The translations under genes and the position numbers were made by a program. From positions 93,072 through 157,071 of the forward strand of contig JBBDYJ010000017.1 of assembly GCA_040901675.1 (NCBI GenBank): a DNA stretch of 64,000 bases, given 5' to 3'. Within the stretch, counting starts at the first letter, position 1. Each line of letters starts with the position of its first letter. Positions 1 through 10,155 of this stretch are shown here, piece by piece. The stretch is from Pirellulales bacterium. GTDB lineage: Bacteria; Planctomycetota; Planctomycetia; Pirellulales; JAICIG01. Under the pieces are notes generated by a model. It searched no databases. It worked only from the letters and a program-made list of their open reading frames with translations, and had not been told where the DNA came from.

Positions 1-122
1 CGCAGGCTGACCATTCGCCTCAAGCGCGGTCGGAACCCCGTGAACGCCTCTGCCAATGCCTGCGGATCCCCCGCCTTGAGGCGCGGCAGCAACACGTCGC
101 TGGGGCCGGAATCACTCATCAT
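1..122 (-). CDS. ECF sigma-70 factor, N-terminal part (runs off window)
   Basis: Minus-strand translation MMSDSGPSDVLLPRLKAGDPQALAEAFTGFRPRLRRMVSLR matches the planctomycete ECF region-2 start (GDxxAL..RxRLRRMVxLR); not in ORF track. Confidence 0.75.
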   Translation of the reverse strand, partial: MMSDSGPSDVLLPRLKAGDPQALAEAFTGFRPRLRRMVSL

Positions 123-350
123 CTTCGGACCTGACATATTAACTGCCAACGGCCCGCGATTGTACACAGGAAAATTGGCTCGCCCTCATTTTGGCCATCA
201 AGCCTCGTCCGGGCAGCCCGCCGGGAATGGATTGAGGAGGTTTCGCCAATAACGGCTTCGGCGAGGAGAGTACGCCCCCAGCGAACGTTCCTAACCCGAA
301 CGTCCCTTGACACCCTCGGACTCCACCAAAGGTTAGTTTTTGGCCAACCC

Positions 351-3245
351 CTAATGCGGATGGAGGCTGCGGAGCTCAGGGGAGAGCTTGAGCCGGCGGG
401 GCAGGTTGCCGTAGGCCGGGCCGGCCCGCGGCGAAAGCTGGTATTGAGGCTCGGGCTGGAACTGCTCATCGCGAAGCTGCTGCCAGAAGCCGTCGGCATC
501 GACTTCCAGCAGCTCCAGGTTCAGGAAAAAGCGCGTGCGGTTGACAGTATACCCGATGTGGTTGTCGGCCACGCTGCCCAAAGCCACGCGGAAGGCGTCC
601 TGGGCTTCGAGAAAATCGCGGGCCGCCACGCCGGGAAACCCGAGGGCCAGCTCCAACTGCGTGCTGGCCACGCGTTCAGCGGCCAGCGCGGCGCTGGCCA
701 CGCTGATCAGGTACTGCGCCCGGGCCAGCGCGAGATCGCGCAGGTCGTCGCGGACGCCGAGCTTGATCGCGTCTTCGACTTGCATCAGGCGGCGCAGGGC
801 CACGTGGTAGTCGATCAACGTCCGGCGGTACAGGTTGCGCTGGGCCTTGCGGTTCAGCGGCAGGTCGAGCGAGAGGCCAACCTCGGTACGGCTGTTTTCG
901 AAGTTGAAGTCGAAGGGACGGTTGTGGCGGCTGTTGATGACCTGCGTGGCGCTGAGGTTCAAGATCGAGCGCAGCTCGTCGGCCGCCAACTTGACCGCCC
1001 GCCGCTGGTCGGCCACCGCGCCGCGCTCGTTCATCAAGTCGAGCCGCCCGGACAGCGCCGTGAGCATCGCGTCGTCGACGTCGATCTGGACGGGGACCAG
1101 GCCGGCGCTCGGCTGCGAGAGCATCTGTTCGGCGGCGGCGAGCAACTGGTCGACCTGGGCCAGCGTGTTTTCGAAGCCATCGGTCGGCTGTTCGCCGTTG
1201 GCGCTTCGGAGCAGCTCGTCGGCCTCGGCTACAAGCTGCTCGGCCCGGGCCAGCAGGGCCCTGGCTTCGACGAGAAGCTGGGGCACTTCGTCCAGCCGGG
1301 CCTGCGCCAGCGCGTCGGCCAGCTTGCGGCGCAACTCGGCCGCGTCGCTTTGCAGTTGCCGGGTTTGCTCGTCGATGACGGCCAGCTCGTCGGCCGCCGC
1401 TTCCAGCGCCCGTGCCAGCTCCACCTGGCGAACGGCTACCTGCGCCAGCGAACCGGCCAGGTCCATCGAGCGCTGGAACAACCGCAGGGGCGGCGCCAGG
1501 CCGCCGGCCAGCTCGTTCTCGAGCACCTGCCGGTCTGCCTGTACGTTCAGCCTTGCTTCGTCGAGCTGCAGGCGGCGGCGGAGCAGTGCCAGCTCGTCGA
1601 GATCCGCCCCGGCGTCCTCCAGGCGCCCGTCCATCAGAATGCGTTCGGCCATCCGCTGCGTGAGCACCACGGCGGCGTTGAGCAGCTCCAAGGGCCGCGG
1701 CGCCTCCTTGGCACGTTCGGCGGCCAGCCGATCGCGGGTGCGCCGGACCAGCTCGCCGCTGACGGCCGCTTCGTCGCCCTGCGTCAGGTCGGTCAGCTCG
1801 TCGAGGTCGAGGTTGACGCCCAGCTCGGGCGGCAGGCCGATGACCAGCTTGAGCCGATCGAGACTTCGCTCCAGGCCGACGCAGGTGGCAATCAGCCGGC
1901 TGCGTCCCAACAGCATGCTCTGTTCGATCTGCTCGACCTGGATCCGGGATCGCAGCCCGGCCTCGAACTCGGCCTCCGCCTGGCTCAAGGCGCGGACCAG
2001 CGAGAAATAGTTTTGCGATTCGATCTCGATCTGGCGGTAGACGCGGATCAGGGCGTAGTAATCGGAGGCCAGTTGGAAGAAGAACGTCTTGCGGTAGCGG
2101 GCATAGTCGCGGGCCGCGTAGACCACGCTGCGCTCGGCCTGCGTCAAGGGCTCGAAGAGCACGTCGCGCTGCAGGACCGCCTGCGAGAAGTTGAAGAACA
2201 TTTCGGAGCTGATGTCGCTGGTAAACCCCTGGGGTCCATTGAACGTCAGGAGCACGTCGTTGGCGAAGCGCCCCAAGAGCGTGCCGCCGCCGGCCAGCAC
2301 GCGATCGACCTGCGTGCTGGAAGGCACGGCCAGAGTGCCCGCGGTCGGGCCGCCTGATCGCACATGGTCGTACCCCAGGTCGGCGCCGCCCCCCAGCGGC
2401 GAGAACTTCAGAGCGTAGTCGAACCGCTCCAGCGACAGGGCCAGGGCCGAGCGGTACAACACTTCTTTCTGCGCCTGGTATTCGCGGCTGTTGAGCAGGG
2501 CCAGCGACACGATGTCTTCGAGAGAAAGCCTCCGATCGCGGTCGACCAGCGACTCGTCGGGCGGCGCCTGGTAGCTGCGGACGTATTCCTCGCGGACCCG
2601 CTCCAGCTCCAGCATCCGCGACAGGTAGGCCGGCTCGATCGCCTCCCAGTGCCGTCGCGGAATGGCCGCCACCGGCAGCTCGCCCGCCGAGGCGCCCTCC
2701 TGCAGCTCTTGATCGGCCGCCTGATACGAAGCCGGGCGGATCTGCTCGCCGCCGCGCCGGCTCGATCGCATCTCGCCGGCCGGCCCATCTCGCGGATCCG
2801 GCTCGATCGGCTCTGTGTCGGGATCGAACAATCCTGGCGGCGGCAGCTCGATGTAAGAATCTCCGGGGCCGGTTTTGGCATCGGGAGCGGGGATGGCTTC
2901 CGGGCCGGACGCTTGCGGCGACGTGTATCCGGCCGGGCTGGTGCGGGCCGGCAGGTCGGGCAGCTCGTAGGTATACAATGCGGGGCCGGGAGGGGGCAGC
3001 CGCGGCCAATCGGGGTTGGTGGGTAGGAAGAGCCGCGACCGCGGGTCATGTTCGATGGTGAAACCCGGCGGGGCCCAGGGGGTTTGGGCAATCTTCTGCT
3101 GGAGCAAAGCGTAGGTTTCGGCGTCGGCATCGCGGCGGTAATGGGCGCGCGAGCAGCCGGCCGCAGTCAGTAGTAACAGCGCGATGAACCGGACCCACAC
3201 CAGAACATGGCCCTCGCCTGGCCGCCGCCCTTTGAGAAGTGCCAT
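351..3245 (-). CDS. TolC-family outer membrane efflux lipoprotein
   Basis: Lipobox-like LLTAAGC; OEP-like segments (LSLEDIVSLALLNSREYQ, LSLDLPLNRKAQRN, RDFLEAQD); downstream of adaptor and permease. Confidence 0.8.
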   Translation of the reverse strand: MALLKGRRPGEGHVLVWVRFIALLLLTAAGCSRAHYRRDADAETYALLQQKIAQTPWAPPGFTIEHDPRSRLFLPTNPDWPRLPPPGPALYTYELPDLPARTSPAGYTSPQASGPEAIPAPDAKTGPGDSYIELPPPGLFDPDTEPIEPDPRDGPAGEMRSSRRGGEQIRPASYQAADQELQEGASAGELPVAAIPRRHWEAIEPAYLSRMLELERVREEYVRSYQAPPDESLVDRDRRLSLEDIVSLALLNSREYQAQKEVLYRSALALSLERFDYALKFSPLGGGADLGYDHVRSGGPTAGTLAVPSSTQVDRVLAGGGTLLGRFANDVLLTFNGPQGFTSDISSEMFFNFSQAVLQRDVLFEPLTQAERSVVYAARDYARYRKTFFFQLASDYYALIRVYRQIEIESQNYFSLVRALSQAEAEFEAGLRSRIQVEQIEQSMLLGRSRLIATCVGLERSLDRLKLVIGLPPELGVNLDLDELTDLTQGDEAAVSGELVRRTRDRLAAERAKEAPRPLELLNAAVVLTQRMAERILMDGRLEDAGADLDELALLRRRLQLDEARLNVQADRQVLENELAGGLAPPLRLFQRSMDLAGSLAQVAVRQVELARALEAAADELAVIDEQTRQLQSDAAELRRKLADALAQARLDEVPQLLVEARALLARAEQLVAEADELLRSANGEQPTDGFENTLAQVDQLLAAAEQMLSQPSAGLVPVQIDVDDAMLTALSGRLDLMNERGAVADQRRAVKLAADELRSILNLSATQVINSRHNRPFDFNFENSRTEVGLSLDLPLNRKAQRNLYRRTLIDYHVALRRLMQVEDAIKLGVRDDLRDLALARAQYLISVASAALAAERVASTQLELALGFPGVAARDFLEAQDAFRVALGSVADNHIGYTVNRTRFFLNLELLEVDADGFWQQLRDEQFQPEPQYQLSPRAGPAYGNLPRRLKLSPELRSLHPH

Positions 3246-3531
3246 TTGGGCGGCCGAGCCCTGCCGTCAATTGGATCAACCCGATATGGCAGGTCTGGTT
3301 ATCGGACCGGCTGGGATAAAACGTGAGGGAAAAGCAGGGGTCCGAAGGCAGAAGGAGGAAGGAGGGAGGGTCAGAGGTTCCGCCGAAGGCGGGCTTGCAG
3401 CACGGTCAGAAGTCAGAGCCTGGGGCACGCTACGACTCGACTGAGCTCGCCGAAGTCCGCTTTGCCACCAGCCACCCGACGCTTGCGCGTCTCTTACTCT
3501 GCCTTCCTCCTTCCTCCTTCTGCCTTCCGCG

Positions 3532-4791
3532 TCAGCGCTGGCGCATGGCGTCGATGGGGTTCATCAGGGCGGCGCGGCGGGCGGGATAAAGGCCGAAGGC
3601 CACACCGATCGAACAGGAGATCAGAAAGGCCAGCACCACGGGGCCGGGCGTGATCACGGCCTCGATTTCGGAGCAATTCCTGACGCCCAGCGGGATGGCA
3701 ATCCCCAGCACGATGCCCAGCACGCCGCCGGTCGCGGAGAGCACGACCGTCTCGACGAGAAACTGGATCGTGATGTCGCGGCGCTTGGCGCCCAGCGCGC
3801 GGCGGATGCCGATCTCGCGGGTCCGCTCGGTCACGCTGGCCAGCATGATGTTCATGATGCCGATCCCGCCGACCAACAGCGATATGCCGGCGATCGAGCC
3901 CAGCACCATGTTCCAGATCCGCTTCTCCTGCTCGGCCCGCCGCAACAGCTCCAACGGCACCTGCAGCTCGTAATCGTCATGGCGTGGATGGCGTTTGGCC
4001 AGCAGCTTGCGGGCCATCTCGGCGGTCGGGGCGACGAGCTCGGTGTCGGCCACCGTGAGGATGATCTCGTTGAGCTGTGTCCGCTCGAAGTCGAGACTGC
4101 CCGCCGTGCGCACCACCTGCAGCTCGCCGAAACGCCAGCGGGCGGATGAAAGCGGAATGTACAAGGCCGAGCAGGCCTGGGCGTCGGTCTGCTGCTTGAG
4201 CACGCCCACCACCTGGAAGGCAGTCGGGCCGATCAACACCGATTTGCCCAGCGGATCCTGGAACTTGAACAGTTTTTGCGCGGCCGTGGCCCCCAGCACG
4301 GCCACGTTGGCCGAGTGGTCGATGTCCGGCGCTGAAATGAACCGCCCCCGATACAACTGGGTCTTCCTGAGGTGCTGGTAGTCGGGAGTCACGCCGTGGA
4401 TGCGGGCGTTGGTCATGCGGCAGCGGCCGCGGGTGGCGTCCTTGCGGAACAGCGACACGGCCAGCGCCTTGGAGAGCGTGGGCAGGGTGGCTTGCAAGCC
4501 ATCGAAGTCGGCGTACTTGAGGCCGTACTCGACGACGCGGCTCACTTTCTGCTGTCCCGGCGTGGTCTCGGCGTCCTGCCCGGTTTTCTGGCCCGGCTTG
4601 ACGCTGCGGATGATGACGTTGGTGGCCCCGAGGCGGCGGATCTCTTCGACGGCCCGGGCCTTCGACCCCTCGCCGATGGCCAGCATGGCGATCACCGAGC
4701 CCACGCCCAGGATCACGCCCAGCAGCGTCAAGATGCTGCGCAGCTTGTGCAGCAGCAGGTTCTTGGCGGCGAGCTTGATCGAAATCCACAT
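3532..4791 (-). CDS. MacB/FtsX-type ABC transporter permease
   Basis: RSILTLLGVILGVGSVIAM and GGIGIMNIMLASVTERTREIGIRRALGA motifs. Confidence 0.93.
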   Translation of the reverse strand: MWISIKLAAKNLLLHKLRSILTLLGVILGVGSVIAMLAIGEGSKARAVEEIRRLGATNVIIRSVKPGQKTGQDAETTPGQQKVSRVVEYGLKYADFDGLQATLPTLSKALAVSLFRKDATRGRCRMTNARIHGVTPDYQHLRKTQLYRGRFISAPDIDHSANVAVLGATAAQKLFKFQDPLGKSVLIGPTAFQVVGVLKQQTDAQACSALYIPLSSARWRFGELQVVRTAGSLDFERTQLNEIILTVADTELVAPTAEMARKLLAKRHPRHDDYELQVPLELLRRAEQEKRIWNMVLGSIAGISLLVGGIGIMNIMLASVTERTREIGIRRALGAKRRDITIQFLVETVVLSATGGVLGIVLGIAIPLGVRNCSEIEAVITPGPVVLAFLISCSIGVAFGLYPARRAALMNPIDAMRQR

Positions 4792-4869
4792 GGGAAGGAT
4801 AAAAGGCAGAAGGAGGAAGGAGGAAGGAGGAAGGAGGAATCGGAACGGACGATTGTCGACTCTTCGCCG

Positions 4870-6702
4870 CTATTGCGGCCCGTCGATGATGGCCATCGGG
4901 TTCATGACCACGCGATCGGAGGGCGCCAGGCCGCTGGTGATCTCGGCGAACATGTCGTTGGTGGCGCCGACGCTGATCGGGCGGCGAGCGAGCCCGTTCT
5001 TGCCGGCCACGTAGCACCAGTTGGTGTCGTCGGTCTGGACGATGGCCTGCATCGGCAGGCTCAGCACGTCGTTCAGGCGTTCGACGTGGATCTCGACCAC
5101 GGCGGTCATGCCGGGCTTGAGCTGCTTGACCGGTTCGTCGATGGTGACGATGGCCTCGTAGACCTTCACGTCGGAGCTCATGCCGCCTTCCTGGCTGGGC
5201 AGCACCGCCACCGAGCGCACCGTGCCTCGATAACGGGCCTGGTCCAGGGCGTCGACGCTGACCGTGGCCGGCAGGCCCTCGTGGACCTTGTCGAGCACCG
5301 ATTCGTGGATGGCCGTCTTGACCTGCATCCGGCTCAGGTCGGGAAGAGCAAGGATCTTGAAGCGCTCGACGACCAGCTCTCCTTCGGCCACATTCCGCCC
5401 CCAAGGCGTGCGGTCGGTCGTGTAGGCGACCATGCCGTCGTGCGGGGCGAGGAGCTTGCACTTCTCGAGCTGCGACTGGTAATTGCGGAGCCTTTCCTCC
5501 TCCTTGGCCAAGGCGCGGTCGGCGGCGGTCTTGGCGGCCTCGGCCTGCGCCATGTACGACTGGTTATCGCGCTTTACCTGCAGCAACCCCCGCCGGGCCG
5601 TGTTGAGCGACCCTTGCAGCTCCAGCAGCCTCATGGGGTGCTCGAACTGTTCCAGCTTCTTGCGGCCGGCGATCGCGTTGGCCAGAGCGCCCGTGGCCCG
5701 CAGCAGCGCGTCGTCGGCCTGCAAGTGCTTGTGCACTGCCTGGTCGAGATCGCCCTTGCCCCGGTATCCGAGCTTGTAAAGCGTCTCGATGCCGTTGCGG
5801 CTGGTGGCCTGCATGTCGAGCTCGGCCTGGGCCTCGACAATGCGGTTGCGCGCTTCCTGGATCCGCTGCTCGATCTCTTGCAGGGCCAGCCGGTAGGTGC
5901 CGTCGTCGCCGTCCAGGTACATCTTCTGGTTCAGCTCAGCCAGCTCGACGCGCAGCTCGGCGGCGGCCAGGCTGGTTTCGTTCTGCGTGGTCTGGTTTTC
6001 GTAGCGGACGTTCGACTGTATCTGGGACGCCTTGGATTGTTCGAATGCCAGCACCTGGTTGTCGACGCGCTCGCGCAAGGGAGCCGAATCGAACTCGACC
6101 AGCAGATCGCCCTGCTTGACCGACTTGCCGTTGGGCACGATGTAGACGATGCGCGTGCCGGGTTGGCCCGGCACCGTTTCGACGTCGCAGGTGATGCGGG
6201 TCTCCTGCTGGCTCAGCAGGCTGCCTCGCTCGGTGACCGAGATGGCCAGGTCCGATTTCCGGACCTCGTGGAATACGAGCGGCTGGTCCGTTTGAGGCAA
6301 GTTCTCTCCACGGCCGCCCCAGAGGCCCAGCGGCACGGTGACCAAGATGGCGGGCAAGGCCAAAAACAGCTTGCGGCGGCCGGCCGCCTTGCGCCGCAGC
6401 AGGACCAGCCGCGTGGCCGCTGCCGTGGCTGGCGCGGCGGGTGGCTGATTCGCGGCCGGGGCGGGCGAGGGACCTTTGGGCAACGGGGGTATGGCTTCGT
6501 CCCGCGGCGAGTCCGGGGTGCTTTTCCTCGGAGCCGGGGCGGGCGAGCTGGGACTTCGTTGCCGTGCCGAGGAACCGGGAGCAGGCGAGGGCTGGTATTG
6601 GCGGCCAAGCCCCTGGTAGCCGCTGGGCGGCTCGGGCCGGGGCGGACAGGGGGTCGGGGCGAGGGGGGTCTTCAACGTTGTGCTCCTTATCTGTATCTGC
6701 AT
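4870..6702 (-). CDS. Efflux RND/MacA-type periplasmic adaptor subunit (start uncertain; Pro-rich N-terminus)
   Basis: Lipoyl-like VPNGKSVKQGDLLVEFD, coiled coil, LLAPHDGMV, LKPGMTAVVEI. Confidence 0.88.
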   Translation of the reverse strand: MQIQIRSTTLKTPLAPTPCPPRPEPPSGYQGLGRQYQPSPAPGSSARQRSPSSPAPAPRKSTPDSPRDEAIPPLPKGPSPAPAANQPPAAPATAAATRLVLLRRKAAGRRKLFLALPAILVTVPLGLWGGRGENLPQTDQPLVFHEVRKSDLAISVTERGSLLSQQETRITCDVETVPGQPGTRIVYIVPNGKSVKQGDLLVEFDSAPLRERVDNQVLAFEQSKASQIQSNVRYENQTTQNETSLAAAELRVELAELNQKMYLDGDDGTYRLALQEIEQRIQEARNRIVEAQAELDMQATSRNGIETLYKLGYRGKGDLDQAVHKHLQADDALLRATGALANAIAGRKKLEQFEHPMRLLELQGSLNTARRGLLQVKRDNQSYMAQAEAAKTAADRALAKEEERLRNYQSQLEKCKLLAPHDGMVAYTTDRTPWGRNVAEGELVVERFKILALPDLSRMQVKTAIHESVLDKVHEGLPATVSVDALDQARYRGTVRSVAVLPSQEGGMSSDVKVYEAIVTIDEPVKQLKPGMTAVVEIHVERLNDVLSLPMQAIVQTDDTNWCYVAGKNGLARRPISVGATNDMFAEITSGLAPSDRVVMNPMAIIDGPQ

Positions 6703-7015
6703 TCAGAGTTAGGAGTTAGCACCCTTTCAGGGCGCGGTGTCGGCGAGTCGCTGGCGTCGCTGCCCGCGAGGGCATCGCCATCAGTCAAGCGTAGGTTGCC
6801 ATTGGCATCCGGCATCGCCGGATGTGCTGGCATTGGCCGTTCGGGGCTGGGCCCGATAAGCAGGCCGCGGGGCAGCCGGATACGCGGAGGGCAGTGTGGG
6901 GCGGGAGGAAACTGGCGGGAGGTCGGGTGGGAGGCTAACGCATCAACGCATAACAATATTTTAATCCATGCCGCGGCCCGGGGCAAGGCCGGTAGCAGGA
7001 ACGCGGTGCGTTGCA

Positions 7016-7078
7016 CCTGAATTCTGGCGAATTCAGCTACGGGTACTGCCCGCCTGAATTCTGGCGAATTCAGCTACG
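7016..7078 (-). repeat. Two GTAG-type REP-like palindromes (CGTAGCTGAATTCGCCAGAATTCAGG); related copies at 13024-13049 and 30533-30664
   Basis: Direct visual match of 26-bp units. Confidence 0.85.
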
Positions 7079-8051
7079 AAGATCGCTCGGCCTCCAGTGC
7101 GGCCAGCCGCAGATGCGGCAGCGTGTGGCGGTGGTCGCCGCAGATGTAAAAACTCTCGCCGCCGTCGGCCACGGTGCGGACCAGGATCGTCTTCCAGGGC
7201 CGGTAGTAATACTGCGGGTTCGTCTTGGGCGCCTCCTGGCTGGTGTCGCCGGCCAGCGGAACCAGGTCGAAGGCGGCCGTGGTGAAGTGGCGGATCTCGC
7301 GGCCATCCTGGTGGGCCACGTTGCGGGCCATGGAGAGGGCCTTGAGGTAGACTTCGGGACCCATCACGGCCGTGCCGAAGCAGAGGAAGACGCCGCCCTC
7401 GAGATTCGAGACGGTGTGGCAGAGCGAGAGGAAGTCGCGGTAGCTGGCCAGCCCATGCGCGGCGGCGTCGAAGTTGGGATGCTCGTGCAGGATGTCGTAC
7501 CCGATGCCGACGTGGACGGTCGCGGGAATGCCCAACCGGTACGCGGCCGCCAGCAGGCTGGTATCTTTGTATGGGAAATCGCCTTCCAGGATCTCGCGGC
7601 CGACGGCCTCGCCGAAGCCGAGCCCTTGCTCGGCGCCGCGTGCAACGACGTCGTTGATCTGGCCCGTCTCGTGCCAAAGGCCGAACTCGCCCGTGCGGAT
7701 GTAGCGGGCGACGCTCTCGCAGGTGGCGCCAAAGCGGGCCAATTCGTAGTCGTGGATGGGGCCGGCGCCGTTCATGCCGACGTGGGTGATCAGGCCCCGC
7801 TCGACGAGGTCGATCAACTGGCGGGCGACGCCGGCCCGGATCACGTGGGCGCCCATCAGCATCAGCCGCGCGGCGCCGGCCGCACGGGCCTCGACCAGCC
7901 GGCGGCCAAGCGTCGCCACGTCGTTGCGGCACACTTCGGCCAGCGGCGGCGGCTGGTGGTCGAGCGGCAAGAAGCTATCGCGCGACAAATCGTGCCGCCG
8001 CTCGGCCAGCGGCTTGATCTTGAGTCGGCTGCGGTCGAATTGTGGAAACAT
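7074..8051 (-). CDS. Deoxyhypusine-synthase-like conserved protein
   Basis: MMGAHVI-like LMGAHVIR, MNGAGPIHDYELA, SLLAAAYRLGIPATVHVGIGYDILH, GTAVMGPEVYLKAL. Confidence 0.65.
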   Translation of the reverse strand: MFPQFDRSRLKIKPLAERRHDLSRDSFLPLDHQPPPLAEVCRNDVATLGRRLVEARAAGAARLMLMGAHVIRAGVARQLIDLVERGLITHVGMNGAGPIHDYELARFGATCESVARYIRTGEFGLWHETGQINDVVARGAEQGLGFGEAVGREILEGDFPYKDTSLLAAAYRLGIPATVHVGIGYDILHEHPNFDAAAHGLASYRDFLSLCHTVSNLEGGVFLCFGTAVMGPEVYLKALSMARNVAHQDGREIRHFTTAAFDLVPLAGDTSQEAPKTNPQYYYRPWKTILVRTVADGGESFYICGDHRHTLPHLRLAALEAERSS

Positions 8052-8053
8052 AA

Positions 8054-8127
8054 CTAGTTCCTGGTTGCTAGTTCCTGGTTGCTAGTTTGCTGGTTGCTAG
8101 GAACCAGGAACTAGCAACCAGCAACTG
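8054..8127. repeat. Inverted heptamer microsatellite (CTAGTTC/CTGGTTG units, then their reverse complement)
   Basis: ctagttcctggttgctag... followed by ...aaccaggaactagcaaccagcaac. Confidence 0.75.
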
Positions 8128-8938
8128 ACAGGCCGAGGATTCTTAGCAGCTCGTCCTGGCAGCAATAGTCGCCGATGATGATGTCGGCGCCGGCATGGAC
8201 CAGGCGCTCGCGTTTCCAGGCGTTCACGCCCAGCCGAGTTTCCTCGTTGCTGGCCACGCCGATGGCCACGCCGCCGGCCCGGCGGGTTTCTTCAATTTCG
8301 ACGAAGCCGTCGCCGAACGCCAGCAGCTCCTCCCCCGCCGCCCCCGTGTCGGCGATGATTCGGGCGATCACCTTGGCCTTGGAAAAGTCCTGGTAGTTGT
8401 CGAGCGCCCCGTAAACGCGAGGGCCGAAGTATCGGTCGAGATCGAGAGCGGCCAGCTCGTCCCGGACGTACTCGAGATCGGTGCCGGAGGCCAAGTACAA
8501 CGTGAGGCCTCGCTCGCAGAGCCGCTCCAGCAGGCGACGCGACTGGGGAACGGCCAGGTCGTCGGGCGCCAGCGAACCCTGTTTGAGGCCTTCCACGCGC
8601 CGGCTGATCTGGCTCCAGAGCAGATCGTGGTACTGGTGCTTGTATTCCAGCGGATCGCGGGGCAGGCCGCCGCGCAATCGGACCTCGTCGGCAAGCTGGA
8701 TCATCTGGTAGATGGTCTGCTTGCCGTTGAGCCGCATCACGAACTCCTCGACGTGGGCGGCCAGTTGTTGGCGCGTTTCGCCGCTGCCGGTGCCGGCCAG
8801 TACGTCGACCATCATGGGGATCATCACGTCAGGCCAGTTGCGGCGGATGAGCGACAACGTGCCGTCGAAGTCGAACAAGACCGAACGAAACCGGCCCCGA
8901 GGAAAATCCGGCCGCAGAATCTCGATCGACTCGTCCAT
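8111..8938 (-). CDS. HAD-superfamily hydrolase
   Basis: Motif I LFDFDGTLS, LASGT, motif IV FGDGFVEI; start set to MDESIEIL just after the upstream stop. Confidence 0.88.
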   Translation of the reverse strand: MDESIEILRPDFPRGRFRSVLFDFDGTLSLIRRNWPDVMIPMMVDVLAGTGSGETRQQLAAHVEEFVMRLNGKQTIYQMIQLADEVRLRGGLPRDPLEYKHQYHDLLWSQISRRVEGLKQGSLAPDDLAVPQSRRLLERLCERGLTLYLASGTDLEYVRDELAALDLDRYFGPRVYGALDNYQDFSKAKVIARIIADTGAAGEELLAFGDGFVEIEETRRAGGVAIGVASNEETRLGVNAWKRERLVHAGADIIIGDYCCQDELLRILGLSVAGC

Positions 8939-8952
8939 GGAAGGGAGGAAAA

Positions 8953-9987
8953 CTACATGCGCATCAGGTGCTCGAGGATATACAGCTCCAGGCCTTCGTA
9001 GTCCCGGGCCTGCCGGAACGACTCCACCTTGCGGGCGTCGACCGCGCGGACCGCCTTGAGCAAGTGCTGGAACATCCGCAGGCTGTTGGCCAGGTGCCGC
9101 GATTCGTCGGCCTGCTTGGTGGTCCGCATCGCCTTGATGTCGAGTCCGACGATCCCGATGTCGTAATAGCCGGCGCGGTCGAGCACCCACACCTGGTTGA
9201 AGGCCCGCCGCAGGTCGACCGAGCCGAAGGCCTTGTCCTGGTCGTATTTCAGGCCGTTCTGGTCATTCAAGTGCACGCCCCACAGCTTGCCGTGCCAGAG
9301 GGCATAGGCCATGTCGTCGGCCGGATCGAGGCCGGCCAGGATGCTGTGCGCGCTTTCGATCAGCACGCCGACGCGGCTGGGGTCGCTGACCCGGTAGCAG
9401 AGCCCCATGAAATGGCCCACCGTGGGGCAATAGGCCTGGTCCATCGGCTCGTTGGGCTTCATTTCTCCCACGATGCGGATCTTGGGATCGTAGGCCAGCA
9501 TGTCGTTGATGGCGTCGACCAGCAGGCCTACCGAGGCCTTCGGATCCTTGGCCTCGCGGATGTACGTCCCTTCGCGGGCGGGCCAGAGCACGATCAGGTC
9601 GATGCCGAGCATGTTGGCGATGTCGATCGCGCGCCGCGAGCGATCGCGGGCATAGCGGCGGGCGGCGGCGCTGTTGGCGGTGTAGGCGCCGTCGATGGTC
9701 CGGGGATCCTCCCAGAGCCGCGGTGCGATGAACTCTCCCTTGATCCCCTCGCCCGCCAGCAATTGCTTGATGTTGGCGACCCCCTTGGCGGTCTGGGTCA
9801 CGTCCCAATCCGAAGGAACCACGTCGTCGTCGTGCAACTGCACGTGGGTGAATCCCAGCCGCTTGTACTCGCGGACCTTCTTGGCAAAGGGCACTTCCTT
9901 GCGAACCGGCGGCCCGAACGGGTCGGCGCCGGTCGAGATGTTCCACGGACCGAAACTGAAGCGATACGTACCGGGCTTCTTGGCCAT
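8953..9987 (-). CDS. Xylose-isomerase-like TIM-barrel sugar isomerase
   Basis: FSFGPWN..GADPFG, HDDD, W.AREG, EMKPNEP, E.AH, HLNDQNGLKYDQD metal-site motifs of the XylA family. Confidence 0.85.
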   Translation of the reverse strand: MAKKPGTYRFSFGPWNISTGADPFGPPVRKEVPFAKKVREYKRLGFTHVQLHDDDVVPSDWDVTQTAKGVANIKQLLAGEGIKGEFIAPRLWEDPRTIDGAYTANSAAARRYARDRSRRAIDIANMLGIDLIVLWPAREGTYIREAKDPKASVGLLVDAINDMLAYDPKIRIVGEMKPNEPMDQAYCPTVGHFMGLCYRVSDPSRVGVLIESAHSILAGLDPADDMAYALWHGKLWGVHLNDQNGLKYDQDKAFGSVDLRRAFNQVWVLDRAGYYDIGIVGLDIKAMRTTKQADESRHLANSLRMFQHLLKAVRAVDARKVESFRQARDYEGLELYILEHLMRM

Positions 9988-10155
9988 GACCGCAAACAAG
10001 CCTCGCTCATGTTCAGATTGGTAAAGCGAGTAGTTTAAGGGCCAAACCGGCCTGGGGGAAGGGACCTCGGGGTTGCCCGGCCCCGGTGCGCTTGCCGGTA
10101 TCGGGTGCTCGGGATACGCTAGGGTAGATCAAGTCCACGTCGAGGAGCGCAGCCG

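Noticed and set aside
354..2357. Long antisense ORFs (also 4372-7020, 32708-34519, 50879-52741, 61548-63332)
   Set aside because: Shadow frames of real high-GC genes on the opposite strand, with no recognisable motifs.
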